This document shows positions 26,142 through 37,839 of a DNA stretch of 64,000 nucleotides, piece by piece. Both the position numbers and the translations under genes were made by a program. Within the stretch, counting starts at the first letter, position 1. Each line of letters begins with the position of its first letter. The stretch lies in NCBI RefSeq assembly GCF_046119375.1, contig NW_027362761.1, forward strand, positions 604,128,001-604,192,000, given 5' to 3'. Under the pieces are notes generated by a model. The model was not told the DNA's origin, made no database searches, and was given only the letters and a program-made list of their open reading frames with translations. The DNA comes from Phyllobates terribilis (Eukaryota).

Positions 26142-26820
26142 ATCTCACAATAAACCAATTTTTTTTAACTACTCTATATATTGTATTATTGCAATCCTCA
26201 AAATGTGTAAATGTATTGTTTTACTATTATGCTTTGTCAACTACAAAATAGCACAATTCACAGTGAATTTCAGGAATGAGAAAGTGACTTTTTTCTCATC
26301 CCATGTAGATTCAGATTGTCTTTTCCTTTGATTTGCAGTACAAATATTTCTACAAAAAATGGGCTTTATTTGAATCTGCTCCAATAAGGAAAAATTATCC
26401 ATAGCATGCACGTACGCCTTTCCTTAATTTGCAGTATTGATCTATGAGTTTAATAATTTCACAATTTCATGTGTGGATGTCCTAACTTTAACTTTTTTTA
26501 TATACATATAGTAAAGCATTAAACAAATCCTCTAAAACTCTGCATATTTCAACTGCAATATAAGCTAACAAACACAATCTAACATCTTTATACAAAAAAA
26601 TATTAATGTTGGTTGAAAAATGTAGTTAGATATGCGATGGATATTTACTTGGGGTGAATGTTACCCCCCATGGCCATCCCACTCAAGTGTATAAAAAGTG
26701 ATATTTTAAAACACAAAATAAAACAAAAGTTATATGTTTGAGGTTTATTTTCTTTAGGAATTCACAGTTTTTCCATCTAATGGAAATTAATATGCTCTGT
26801 TACTCTTTAGACATCAGTAA

Positions 26821-27094
26821 TCTTATTTATTTATTTTACTCACTTATATAGCGCCATTAATTCCACAGCGCTTCACAGACAATATTGACACTGTCCCCCA
26901 TTGGGGCTCACAATCTAAATTCCCTATCAGTATGTCTTAGGAGTGTGGGAAGAAAACAGAGAAGCCGGAAGAAACCCATGCAAACACGGGGAGAAAATAC
27001 AAACTCTTTGCAGATGTTGTCCTTGGTGGGTTTTGAACCCAGGACCCCAGCGCTGCGAGGCTGCAGTGCTATCCACAGAGCCACTGTGCTTCCC
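26821..27094 (-). mobile_element. SINE copy, spacer 7
   Basis: Co-amplified with the unit. Confidence 0.88.
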
Positions 27095-27822
27095 TATTTA
27101 CTTGGGGTGAATGTCACCCCCATGGCCTTCCCACTCAAGTGTATATAAAGTGATATTTTTAAAACACAAGATGAAATAAAAGTTATATGTTTGATGTTTA
27201 TTTTCTTTAGGAACTTCAGGAATTCATAGTTTCTAAATCTAATAGGCATGAATATGCTTTGTTAATCTTTAGACATCAGTAATCAGACTGAAATCAATGT
27301 GATAAAGGAATCATTCAGAGCTAATCCTGCATGTAAGCAAATATCAACATGCAGCATTTCAATGCAAGTTAGGTCAATGCACGTTAGCATCTCCATAGCT
27401 GGTAGCTACAACCTCACACCCAATGTATTCAACCCTCTATTGTCTATTCACATGCAATTACAGGAGTGTCAACTGACCATACACTGAAATTGGGAAGTGA
27501 ACAGAAACTAAATGACTGGTAAGGTGCAAGGCACAGGTACTTTAAATGTCTTTACCAGAGTGTCCACTAACTGTAGACAAGTCTACAAGAACATTATTGA
27601 AATGCAAATTCACTGAAAGTTCAATAAAGAATACAAAACTTGTGAATTGACTCTCAACCAATTAGACAACTCATAGACTTGTGTGCCTCATTTTCACCCC
27701 TTATATAAACCAATCCTTGTATTCTCTGGTCAGTGATTTTCTCTGCTTTCAGGGACGACTTCTACCTTGAGGACACTTTGACTTGGCCTTTTTCTTTTCC
27801 CTTACAACTTCTAAGGGAAACA

Positions 27823-29146
27823 ATGGCCTTCAGCGTACAAAATGTGGATCTTATCCAGGAAAGACTTGTTTGCATTGCTTCCCAATGTACAGTAGAGATA
27901 GATCTACAGGAGAACTTCCATGTGTTACAGAAGCTTGGGAATGGGGGCTATGGCTCTGTGCTCATGGTACAGGACAAGAAAACAGGTCAGTGTGGTCAAT
28001 TATCTATCACTATAGATATGGAATTATGTTAAGATCATTACAAGATGGTATATCCATGGTTTAGATATAATGGAGGAGTTTTATATATTGTCCATGCATT
28101 TAGGTACATGGAAAAATGGGGTAAATCGTCCCAAATTTATCAGAAATGTGTATTTGACTTAACAAAATCTTACTTCTATCTCATATTAGAATCATAGTTG
28201 AAGAATCAATGAGTAAGAGGACATGTTCACAATAATTTTGGTAGTTTTATTTAGACTAATGAGAAAAACACTATAAAGACCTATATGTGATACAAGGAAT
28301 TCTGTTTCTTTTATCAATAGATCAAAAAATGGCATTGAAGGTTCTGAACAAGAATAAAACAACTGAATTTGCCTTTCTCATGGAGTTCAGCATGTCCTTC
28401 TTCCTCTCCTTCCATCCCAACATCATCGGAACTTATGGCATTGCCTTCAAGACATGTGACCACTTTGCCTTTCCTTTGGAGCTGGCGATGGGTGACCTGT
28501 CTTCTCTCATTACACCTCATGTAAGTTGAAGTCCCTGAATTACCCAGAAAACTACAATCCTAATATTCTTCGTTCCTGTAATATTGTCGTGTTGACTTTA
28601 TTTATTTCTCTATTCCAGAATGGACTCCCAGAAGACACAGTAAAGAGATGTGCAGTGCAGCTCTCCAGTGCCCTGGAATTCATAGACAGTAAAGGGTTGG
28701 TGCATCTGGATATCAAGCCCAGAAATATCTTGGTGTTTGATAAGGATTGCCACTGTATCAAAATTACAGACTTCGGCCTCTCATGTGTCAAAGGGTCAAT
28801 GATGAAAAAACGGTTTGGCACCATCTCATATATGGCTCCGGAGAGGACACAACTTCCTGACATGGACGCTTTGCGAGTGGACTACGCCTTGGATGTATGG
28901 GCCTTAGGGATTGTTCTCTACCGCTTGCTCACCGGAGACTTGCCCTGGCAGTCCGCAGTTTCCACAGACAATGGTTACTGTAGTTTTGTTGAATGGCAAA
29001 AATTTGAGAGTGTTGGGCCACCGTCACCATGGAGCAGATTTCCACGTGGAGTACTAAAGATGTTCAGTGGACTTTTAGCCATAGATTGTAATAAGAGAAG
29101 TAAATCGACTGATGTATTGACCTTCTTGGGTGAATGTTGGAAATAA
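27823..29146 (+). CDS. SBK-like kinase copy 8 (intact; protein identical to copy 6)
   Basis: Same exons +21035. M197R. Confidence 0.92.
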
Positions 29147-29825
29147 ATCTCACAATAAACCAATTTTTTTTAACTGCTCTATATATTGTATTATTGCAAT
29201 CCTCAAAATGTGTAAATGTATTGTTTTACTATTATGCTTTGTCAACTACAAAATAGCACAATTCACAGTGAATTTCAGGAATGAGAAAGTGACTTTTTTC
29301 TCATCCCATGTAGATTCAGATTGTCTTTTCCTTTGATTTGCAGTACAAATATTTCTACAAAAAATGGGCTTTATTTGAATCTGCTCCAATAAGGAAAAAT
29401 TATCCATAGCATGCACGTACGCCTTTCCTTAATTTGCAGTATTGATCTATGAGTTTAATAATTTCACAATTTCATGTGTGGATGTCCTAACTTTAACTTT
29501 TTTTATATACATATAGTAAAGCATTAAACAAATCCTCTAAAACTCTGCATATTTCAACTGCAATATAAGCTAACAAACACAATCTAACATCTTTATACAA
29601 AAAAATATTAATGTTGGTTGAAAAATGTAGTTAGATATGCGATGGATATTTACTTGGGGTGAATGTTACCCCCCATGGCCATCCCACTCAAGTGTATAAA
29701 AAGTGATATTTTAAAACACAAAATAAAACAAAAGTTATATGTTTGAGGTTTATTTTCTTTAGGAATTCACAGTTTTTCCATCTAATGGAAATTAATATGC
29801 TCTGTTACTCTTTAGACATCAGTAA

Positions 29826-30088
29826 TCTTATTTATTTATTTTACTCACTTATATAGCGCCATTAATTCCACAGCGCTTCACAGACAATATTGACACTGTC
29901 CCCCATTGGGGCTCACAATCTAAATTCCCTATCAGTATGTCTTAGGAGTGTGGGAAGAAAACAGAGAAGCCATGCAAACACGGGGAGAAAATACAAACTC
30001 TTTGCAGATGTTGTCCTTGGTGGGTTTTGAACCCAGGACCCCAGCGCTGTGAGGCTGCAGTGCTATCCACAGAGCCACTGTGCTTCCC
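29826..30088 (-). mobile_element. SINE copy, spacer 8, with 11-bp internal deletion
   Basis: GAGAAGC[CGGAAGAAACC]CATGC deletion near 29970 accounts for the 2994-bp last period. Confidence 0.88.
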
Positions 30089-30816
30089 TATTAACTTGGT
30101 GTGAATGTCACCCCCATGGCTTTCCCACTCAAGTGTATATAAAGTGATATTTTTAAAACACAAGATGAAATAAAAGTTATATGTTTGATGTTTATTTTCT
30201 TTAGGAACTTCAGGAATTCATAGTTTCTAAATCTAATAGGCATGAATATGCTTTGTTAATCTTTAGACATCAGTAATCAGACTGAAATCAATGTGATAAA
30301 GGAATCATTCAGAGCTAATCCTGCATGTAAGCAAATATCAACATGCAGCATTTCAATGCAAGTTAGGTCAATGCACGTTAGCATCTCCATAGCTGGTAGC
30401 TACAACCTCACACCCAATGTATTCAACCCTCTATTGTCTATTCACATGCAATTACAGGAGTGTCAACTGACCATACACTGAAATTGGGAAGTGAACAGAA
30501 ACTAAATGACTGGTAAGGTGCAAGGCACAGGTACTTTAAATGTCTTTACCAGAGTGTCCACTAACTGTAGACAAGTCTACAAGAACATTATTGAAATGCA
30601 AATTCACTGAAAGTTCAATAAAGAATACAAAACTTGTGAATTGACTCTCAACCAATTAGACAACTCATAGACTTGTGTGCCTCATTTTCACCCCTTATAT
30701 AAACCAATCCTTGTATTCTCTGGTCAGTGATTTTCTCTGCTTTCAGGGACGACTTCTACCTTGAGGACACTTTGACTTGGCCTTTTTCTTTTCCCTTACA
30801 ACTTCTAAGGGAAACA

Positions 30817-32143
30817 ATGGCCTTCAGCGTACAAAATGTGGATCTTATCCAGGAAAGACTTGTTTGCATTGCTTCCCAATGTACAGTAGAGATAGATCTA
30901 CAGGAGAACTTCCATGTGTTACAGAAGCTTGGGAATGGGGGCTATGGCTCTGTGCTCATGGTACAGGACAAGAAAACAGGTCAGTGTGGTCAATTATCTA
31001 TCACTATAGATATGGAATTATGTTAAGATCATTACAAGATGGTATATCCATGGTTTAGATATAATGGAGGAGTTTTATATATTGTCCATGCATTTAGGTA
31101 CATGGAAAAATGGGGTAAATCGTCCCAAATTTATCAGAAATGTGTATTTGACTTAACAACATCTTACTTCTATCTCATATTAGAATCATAGTTGAAGAAT
31201 CAATGAGTAAGAGGACATGTTCACAATAATTTTGGTAGTTTTATTTAGACTAATGAGAAAAACACTATAAAGACCTATATGTGATACAAGGAATTCTGTT
31301 TCTTTTATCAATAGATCAAAAAATGGCATTGAAGGTTCTGAACAAGAATAAAACAACTGAATTTGCCTTTCTCATGGAGTTCAGCATGTCCTTCTTCCTC
31401 TCCTTCCATCCCAACATCATCGGAACTTATGGCATTGCCTTCAAGACATGTGACCACTTTGCCTTTCCTTTGGAGCTGGCGATGGGTGACCTGTCTTCTC
31501 TCATTACACCTCATGTAAGTTGAAGTCCCTGAATTACCCAGAAAACTACAATCCTAATATTCTTCGTTCCAGTAATATTGTCGTGTTGACTTTATTTATT
31601 TCTCTATTCCAGAATGGACTCCCAGAAGACACAGTAAAGAGATGTGCAGTGCAGCTCTCCAGTGCCCTGGAATTCATAGACAGTAAAGGGTTGGTGCATC
31701 TGGATATCAAGCCCAGAAATATCTTGGTGTTTGATAAGGATTGCCACTGTATCAAAATTACAGACTTCGGCCTCTCATGTGTCAAAGGGTCAATGATGAA
31801 AAAACGGTTTGGCACCATCTCATATATGGCTCCGGAGATGACACAACTTCCTGACATGGACGCTTTGCGAGTGGACTACGCCTTGGATGTATGGGCCTTA
31901 GGGATTGTTCTCTACCGCTTGCTCACTGGAGACTTGCCCTGGCAGTCCGCAGTTTCCACAGACAATGGTTACTGTAGTTTTGTTGAATGGCAAAAATTTG
32001 AGAGTGTTGGGCCACCGTCACCATGGAGCAGATTTCCACGTGGAGTACTAAAGATGTTCAGTGGACTTTTAGCCATAGATTGTAATAAGAGAAGTAAATC
32101 GACTGATGTATTGACCTTCTTGGGTGAATGTTGGAAAGAATAA
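30817..32143 (+). CDS. SBK-like kinase copy 9 (intact, 297 aa, ends CWKE)
   Basis: Exons 30817-30979, 31315-31514, 31613-32143. One extra GAA codon before the stop and one synonymous ACC>ACT. Confidence 0.92.
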
Positions 32144-32181
32144 ATCTCACAATAAACCCATTTTTTTAACTGCTCTATATA

Positions 32182-32925
32182 CACTGTGTGCAGAATTATT
32201 AGGCAAGTTGTATTTTACAGGATTATTTTTATTATTGATCAACAACTATGTTCTCAATCAACCCAAAAGCCTCAAATATCCAAGCTTAATATTTTTGGAA
32301 GTTGGAGTGGGTTTTTTTTAGATTTGGCTATCTTAGGAGGATATCTGTTTGTGCAGGTAACTATTACTGTGCAGAATTATTAGGCAACTTAATAAAAACC
32401 AAATATAATCCCATCTCACTTGTTTATTTTCACCAGGTAAACCAATATCAGTGCACAAAATTTAGAAATAAACATTTCTGACATGCAAAAACAAAAACCA
32501 AAAAAATTAGTGATCAGTATAGCCACCTTTCTTTATGATGACATTCAGCAGCCTTCCATCCATAGAATCTGTCAGTTGCTTGATCTGTTTTCGATCAACA
32601 TTGCGTGCAGCAGCCACCACAGCCTCCCAGACACTGTTCCCAGAGGTGTACTGTTTTCCCTCCCTGTAGATCTCACATTTTATGATGGACCACAGGTTCT
32701 CTATGGGGTTCAGATCAGGTGAACAAGGGGGCCATGTCATTATTTTTTCTTCTTTTAGACCTTTACTGGCCAGCCACGCTGTGGAGTAGTTGGATGCATG
32801 TGATGGAGCATTGTCCTGCATGAAAATCATGTTTTTCCTGAACGACACCGACTTCTTCCTGTACCACTGCTTGAAGAAGTTGTCTTCCAGAAACTGGCAG
32901 TAGGTCTGGGAGTTGAGGTTGACTT
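32182..32925 (-). mobile_element. Tc1-like DD37E (TRT-type) transposon, 3' fragment
   Basis: TA-CACTGTGTGCAGAATTATTAGGCAAG terminus at 32182, with the motif repeated near 32367. Minus-strand FMQDNAPSHAS...WPPCSPDLNPIENLW has 37 residues between D and E. The other end is absent. Confidence 0.85.
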
Positions 32926-33169
32926 TTCAGCCTAAGCCTTTACTTTTGAAGCCCTACGGCTTCAGGCCTCTACTTTTGAAGCCCTGCAGCTGCAGGCCTC
33001 TACGGCTTCAGGCCTCTACTTTTGCAGCCCTAGGGCTGCAAAATGCAAATCTAACTGAAGCCCTCCGGCTTCAAAGGTTCTCTCTGTGCAGCCGTAGGGC
33101 TGCACAATGCATCTCTATGGGACATCTGTGTATGACCGATATTTCTTTTCCTCAAACACAAATATTGAG

Positions 33170-33790
33170 GCACCTGAATGTTTTGGGGGCAGGTCAGATG
33201 CAAGTTGAGTTACTTGACCCACTGCTGTTTTGGGGGGCCTTAAGGGGACTGGAACTTTTTTTTTTACTTATTACACTAGTTATTTATAGTGATCATTTCT
33301 GGGCTATATTCACATCTTGGGGTCCATTTGAGAAGACACATTTTTTGGGGTGCAGCCACCTCAAGTAATAAATACTGCCTCCCACAGCCTCTAAAATACT
33401 GAAACCTGTTGTTTTTATGTTCCCCAAGTGATTATCTGGCACATTTTTGGGGGTACATTTGAGGAGACACATTTTGGGGTGCATCCCCCAAAGTGCTAAA
33501 TACTACCTTCAACAGCCCCTAAAATGTTGAATCCTGTCTTTTATGTCCCCCAAGTGATTGTTTCTGCGCTACAGTCACATTTTTGGGTCCATTTGAGAAG
33601 ACACATTTTTGGGGTGCAGCCGCCTCAAGTAAAAAGTACTGCCTCCCACAGCCCTTAAAGTACTAAATCCTGTTTTTTTATGTCCCCCAAGTGATTATTT
33701 CTAGAAATCTAACACATTTTGGCGTACATTTGAGAAGACACATTTTTGGGGTGCTGCCACCTCAAGTACTAAATACTGCCTCCCATGTCA
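33170..33790. repeat. Diverged tandem repeat, ~130-bp unit, about 4-5 copies
   Basis: Recurring CATTTGAG(A/G)AGACACATTTTTGGGGTGC...TACTGCCTCCCACAGCC...TTTATGTCCCCCAAGTGATT. Confidence 0.75.
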
Positions 33791-36045
33791 CCATTTCTGT
33801 ATTTTTCATGCACTCCAGGTATAGGCTTACAATAACTGATATGAAAAACTGACCAAAAAAACTGACATGTGAACTCAGCCTTACAGTGTATTTTCACTTA
33901 TATCCTGTATATCGTTGTATATTCTAGAGTTAATAGCATGTACTGTGGAAATAAATCTGCTATGGTGTATTTTTAAAAATAAACATTAGATGGCAGTATC
34001 GTCTGCTCTCAGTGCTGGGGGAGGGGGGCTACGATTGATTGATCTATAGAATCTAAATAGTTATATACATCCTGCCGAAGATTCATAAAACTTTGGTGAA
34101 CCCTCCGGGACGTCCCATTATCTCAGGCAGTGATTCAATTTTCAGTCGAATAGATATATTTTTGGATAGAGTTCTAGGTCCATTGGCTAGAAACACTGCT
34201 TCTTTTTTACAAGATACAAATGATTTCTTATGCAAGTTACAGGAGGTTCCAATGATTAATGAACCTATATTGTTGGTATCATTTGATGTGGTTTCATTAT
34301 ATACCTCAATTAAACACGAGAGGGGTCTTATCGCTGTAAGAAGGTAACTTGATTTTACAAACTTTAAGCCTGAAAGTATTGTTTTTTTCATGGAGTTATT
34401 GGAGATGGTACTTACTAATAACTATTTTATGTTTGGTGATGAGTATTACATGCAACGACGCGGGACCGCGATGGGTGCCAATATGGCACCCGCTTATGCA
34501 AATTTAATGATGGCCATGTTGGAGGAGGAGCTTGTCTATGTGGCTCCACTTTTCTCACTGGTGTTGAGATGGTGGTGCTACATAGACGACATGTTCCTCC
34601 TGTGGAAAGGCACTGAGCAAGAGTTGTTGAATTTTTTTGACTTTATCAATACTATTGACAGTGATATCAAGTTTTCATTGGTCTACTCCGCACAGGAAAT
34701 CCAGTTTTTGGATGTTCTTGTTAGTTATAGGGAAGGTAGATTTTGTGCTACTCTATTCGAAACCGAAGGATAAAAACAACATTCTAAAATTTTAAAGTAA
34801 TCATCCTAGAAAGATGGTAAACTCTCTTCCATTTAGTCAGTTTTTGCGAACTAAAAGAATTGTAAGTGATGATGATAATTTACAACAAAATCTTGAAAAA
34901 ATGAGGATGAAATTTTTGGTCAGGGATTATCCGAAACATTTACTTGATAAGGGGTTTTAATATGGTAAATAGTCTTGAACGTGAATCTCTTTTAAAATCT
35001 AAGAGGAGGACAGATAAGGTGTCTAATAGAATACCAGTTATTACCACATTTTGTGAGGAGAGTGACTCTATCGCTAGAATAATTAGGAAACACTGGAGCA
35101 TGTTGGGTAAATGCATACCGGAAGTCCCACAATTTCAGAATCCTCCATTGTTCTCGTATAAACGAGCAAGAAATTTGAAAGATAAATTGGTGAGAGCTGA
35201 TGTGGGACCTCAAAAAGGTATGAAGCAAATAACATTAACGGGTAATAAAAGAACAGGATCCTACCCTTGCTTGAATTGTTTAAACTGTCCAAATTTGATT
35301 AAGGGGAGTTTTTTTCTACATCCAATTACAAATGAGAAATTTGTTATCAAACATTATTTGACATACGACTCGGAATACGTCATATATCTTCTATACTGTC
35401 CTTGTAAATTGAAGTATGTGGGGGAGACAACATGGGATTTGAAAACCCGTTTGAACCACCAGAGATATACTATACGCAAAAAGAGATTGGATTTGCCAGT
35501 CTCTAAACATTTTACTGAAGCCGGACACAATGAAAAACAATTACAATTTAGGATCATTGATCATGTGCCTCCCCTGAGGAGGGGAGGTGATCGGGTTAAA
35601 ATGCTTAAGATTAAAGAATTACAATGGATAAGGAAATTAGACACATTACGTCCTAAAGGACTAAATTTTAATTTCAAAAATTGAATTGGCAGCTCTTTGA
35701 TGTATCTCTGATGCCCCATTTGGATTTGAATCGTTGTGTGATATGGTATATGGCCTTTGATTTTGTGGAGTTTTAACTAATAGTGACGTTTTTATCTCTT
35801 ATAGATCTTTGGAGAAAGTGAACTATATTATCTACAGGTTTCACCTCTACATCATCATGTGACAGTGTGATCTACACGTGTGATAATAATTTTTTTGCAT
35901 GTCAATATATATTGTTGCTAATTTTTGGATCAACATTGAGTATCATATATATGAGTCTTTATTATACATTCTCTTTATAATGTATATAGCCAATACGGTT
36001 CATTCATTAAAGGGCTTGGTTGAAACTTGGTATGTGTGTATATAT

Positions 36046-36205
36046 CTTGTAGATTGTGAGCCCTCGCGGGCAGGGTCCTCGCTCCTCCTGTACCAGTCGC
36101 TGTCACATTGTGTTCAAGATTATTGTAATTGTTCTTGTATTATACCCCTTTTTCACATGTAAAGCGCCATGGAATAAATGGCGCTATAATAATAAATAAT
36201 AATAA
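36046..36205 (+). mobile_element. L2-clade LINE (or L2-tailed SINE) 3' end
   Basis: CTTGTAGATTGTGAGCCCTCGCGGGCAGGG...TGTAAAGCGCCATGGAATAAATGGCGCTATAAT(AAT/AAAT)n, with a perfect GCGCCAT/ATGGCGC stem. Confidence 0.75.
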
Positions 36206-37001
36206 CATGGGAATGGATGCATGGGGCATGGTGGGTTGAGTAACTTGCCCCTAACCGGGTGAGAGGCTCCCCCTATTGCTCTGATATTGGGTTTACCAAC
36301 CCCAGCTAATGGGGGGTGTTACCCGATAGTATCCTTATATGTCCCTATTATAAAAAAGAGAAAATATATAATATCGCACTATTACCTGTTTTTGGCCCTT
36401 TTTGTCCGTTATTGTTGCTATGTGCTAAGTATTTTTAGGTTTCAGACTTTAATTATTGCATAATACTTGATAACAGCCTAAATATATATGACTCTTGTGG
36501 GCATACCTTAACAAAAATGGTGCTGATGCAAACACATTTATATAGTTACTTGCACAATGGATAGTGGGTATATGTACCACATCAAAGATGGCGTCTATAG
36601 CACTTCCGCCCTTAGTACGTCATATCCGCCAGTCATGTCATTGGAGCATGCTCAGTGTCGATTTTCGGTATGCCACAGTTTGGTCTCCTCCCCCTTTCTA
36701 GCAGCAAACTTGACATGCGTTTTTTAACACTGGAGATGCCGCTTTTCGGCGTTGTTCACATGTTGATGCGGTGAGTCAATCCTGATTCTTTTGATTCCAT
36801 ACACCTGTATCTATTAAGTAATTTATTATAGATTGAGCTATATCATGTAAACAAACAATGTGTATGTATTTTCAGGAATCAAAAAAAGCTTTATATAATG
36901 TGATCTATGTATATGTACTGTATGTTTTTATGCACTTTTTAATGTAACAGTCCTTTAAATGGATGACCTGATATATACCTCACCTGTATACTCTGCACTT
37001 T

Positions 37002-37035
37002 GCTTGAAAAAGGCTGTATTCAGCCGAAACGTTGC
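37002..37035 (+). ncRNA. Minimal hammerhead motif, U3-A8 variant (stem I only 2 bp)
   Basis: GC-UUGAAAA-A-GGCUG(UAUU)CAGCC-GAAA-CG-UU-GC: perfect 5-bp stem II, palindromic ACGU stem III. Confidence 0.6.
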
Positions 37036-37614
37036 CACAGCTCTTGCTGAGCTAATAAATCATCTATTTATGGAGTGCTGTTTCTACTATTTTTTCATAC
37101 TTACACATATATATATATATATATCAGATGGGGCAATGCTGGCACTGTTGACAGTTGTGCCTATCAGGCAGGCATGGTGGCAGCCTGTACCCTGTGACCC
37201 CTGCAGGCCTGTACGCTGCACAGGTTACTAAAGAGATCGGTACTTGCTGTCAGGTGTCACAATGGAGCCGGTCATGTCAGGGATTGCTAGTTATGCAATT
37301 CCCTAGTACAGAGGGAATGTGACAGGAGTCGGTGCAGAGATGAAGGCAGGCGGCGGCAAAGGAGATGGGGGTGATCCGCTTGACATGTCCCGGGCCGGTA
37401 ACGGTGAGGTCCTGGGCCGGTACAGGTGAGATCACGGCGCTGCGCCCGCCAGTGGCGCAGTGGGATTTGCACTCGGTCGCTATCCGCCCACTGCTGTGAG
37501 GCTCGGGCTCAGCTCAGCACCCAGAGCGGAGGCCGCAGCCTGCGCCTCTCCATGCTGCCTCCCTCTCTCCTTCCCTCCCCCGCTTGTTGTTGTGCAGTCG
37601 GAAATAAGACTCAC

Positions 37615-37696
37615 CTGCCGGAGAAGCAGCAGCGGTGCCTGAGAGCAGAGGAGCGTCTTTCGGCCTCGAACAAAGTCTCGTAATTCTCTTTTTATA
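37615..37696 (-). promoter_or_regulatory. Candidate minus-strand TATA promoter and short first exon within a CpG-rich patch
   Basis: TATAAAA (minus, 37696-37690); CAG|GTGAGT donor with exon ending at 37615; CpG-rich 37300-37750. No expression data. Confidence 0.4.
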
Positions 37697-37839
37697 GGGG
37701 TTTATGAATGAGATGTCACTAAGGGGGAGAATGCCGGGCGGCCGGGGAGAGTCAGCCTGGGACTGAGCTTGTAACACCCCCCTCTCGCTGTTGCTTTTAC
37801 GTCCAACAGCTGGTATATAAAAACATAGTAGGTATATAC

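Larger units (their letters stand above)
6545..32181 (+). repeat. Tandem gene array: 8 full ~3005-bp units plus a 9th partial unit, each with one kinase gene
   Basis: Exon-3 ORFs start at 7491, 10496, 13501, 16506, 19511, 22516, 25521, 28526 (+3005 each) and 31520 (+2994). Units differ by only a few substitutions. Confidence 0.98.
34085..37090 (+). mobile_element. Penelope-like retroelement (5'-truncated; RT plus GIY-YIG with frameshifts; long 3' pLTR region)
   Basis: PPGRPIISG, SFDVVSLYTSI, GTAMGANMAPAYAN, YIDD in ORFs 34093-34773. VIYLLYCPC..KYVGETT..R...H GIY-YIG in 34944-35684. Hammerhead variant at 37002-37035. The 3' boundary is approximate. Confidence 0.88.

Noticed and set aside
6545-32181. 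Possibility that the array is an assembly artefact
   Set aside because: The units carry distinct, nested and alternating variants plus an 11-bp deletion, as expected from real duplication history. This cannot be fully excluded without raw reads.
37255-37776. TGTCACA...TGTAACA as a solo LTR
   Set aside because: The flanks (TCAGG vs CCCCC) give no TSD, so it is kept only as a candidate promoter region.
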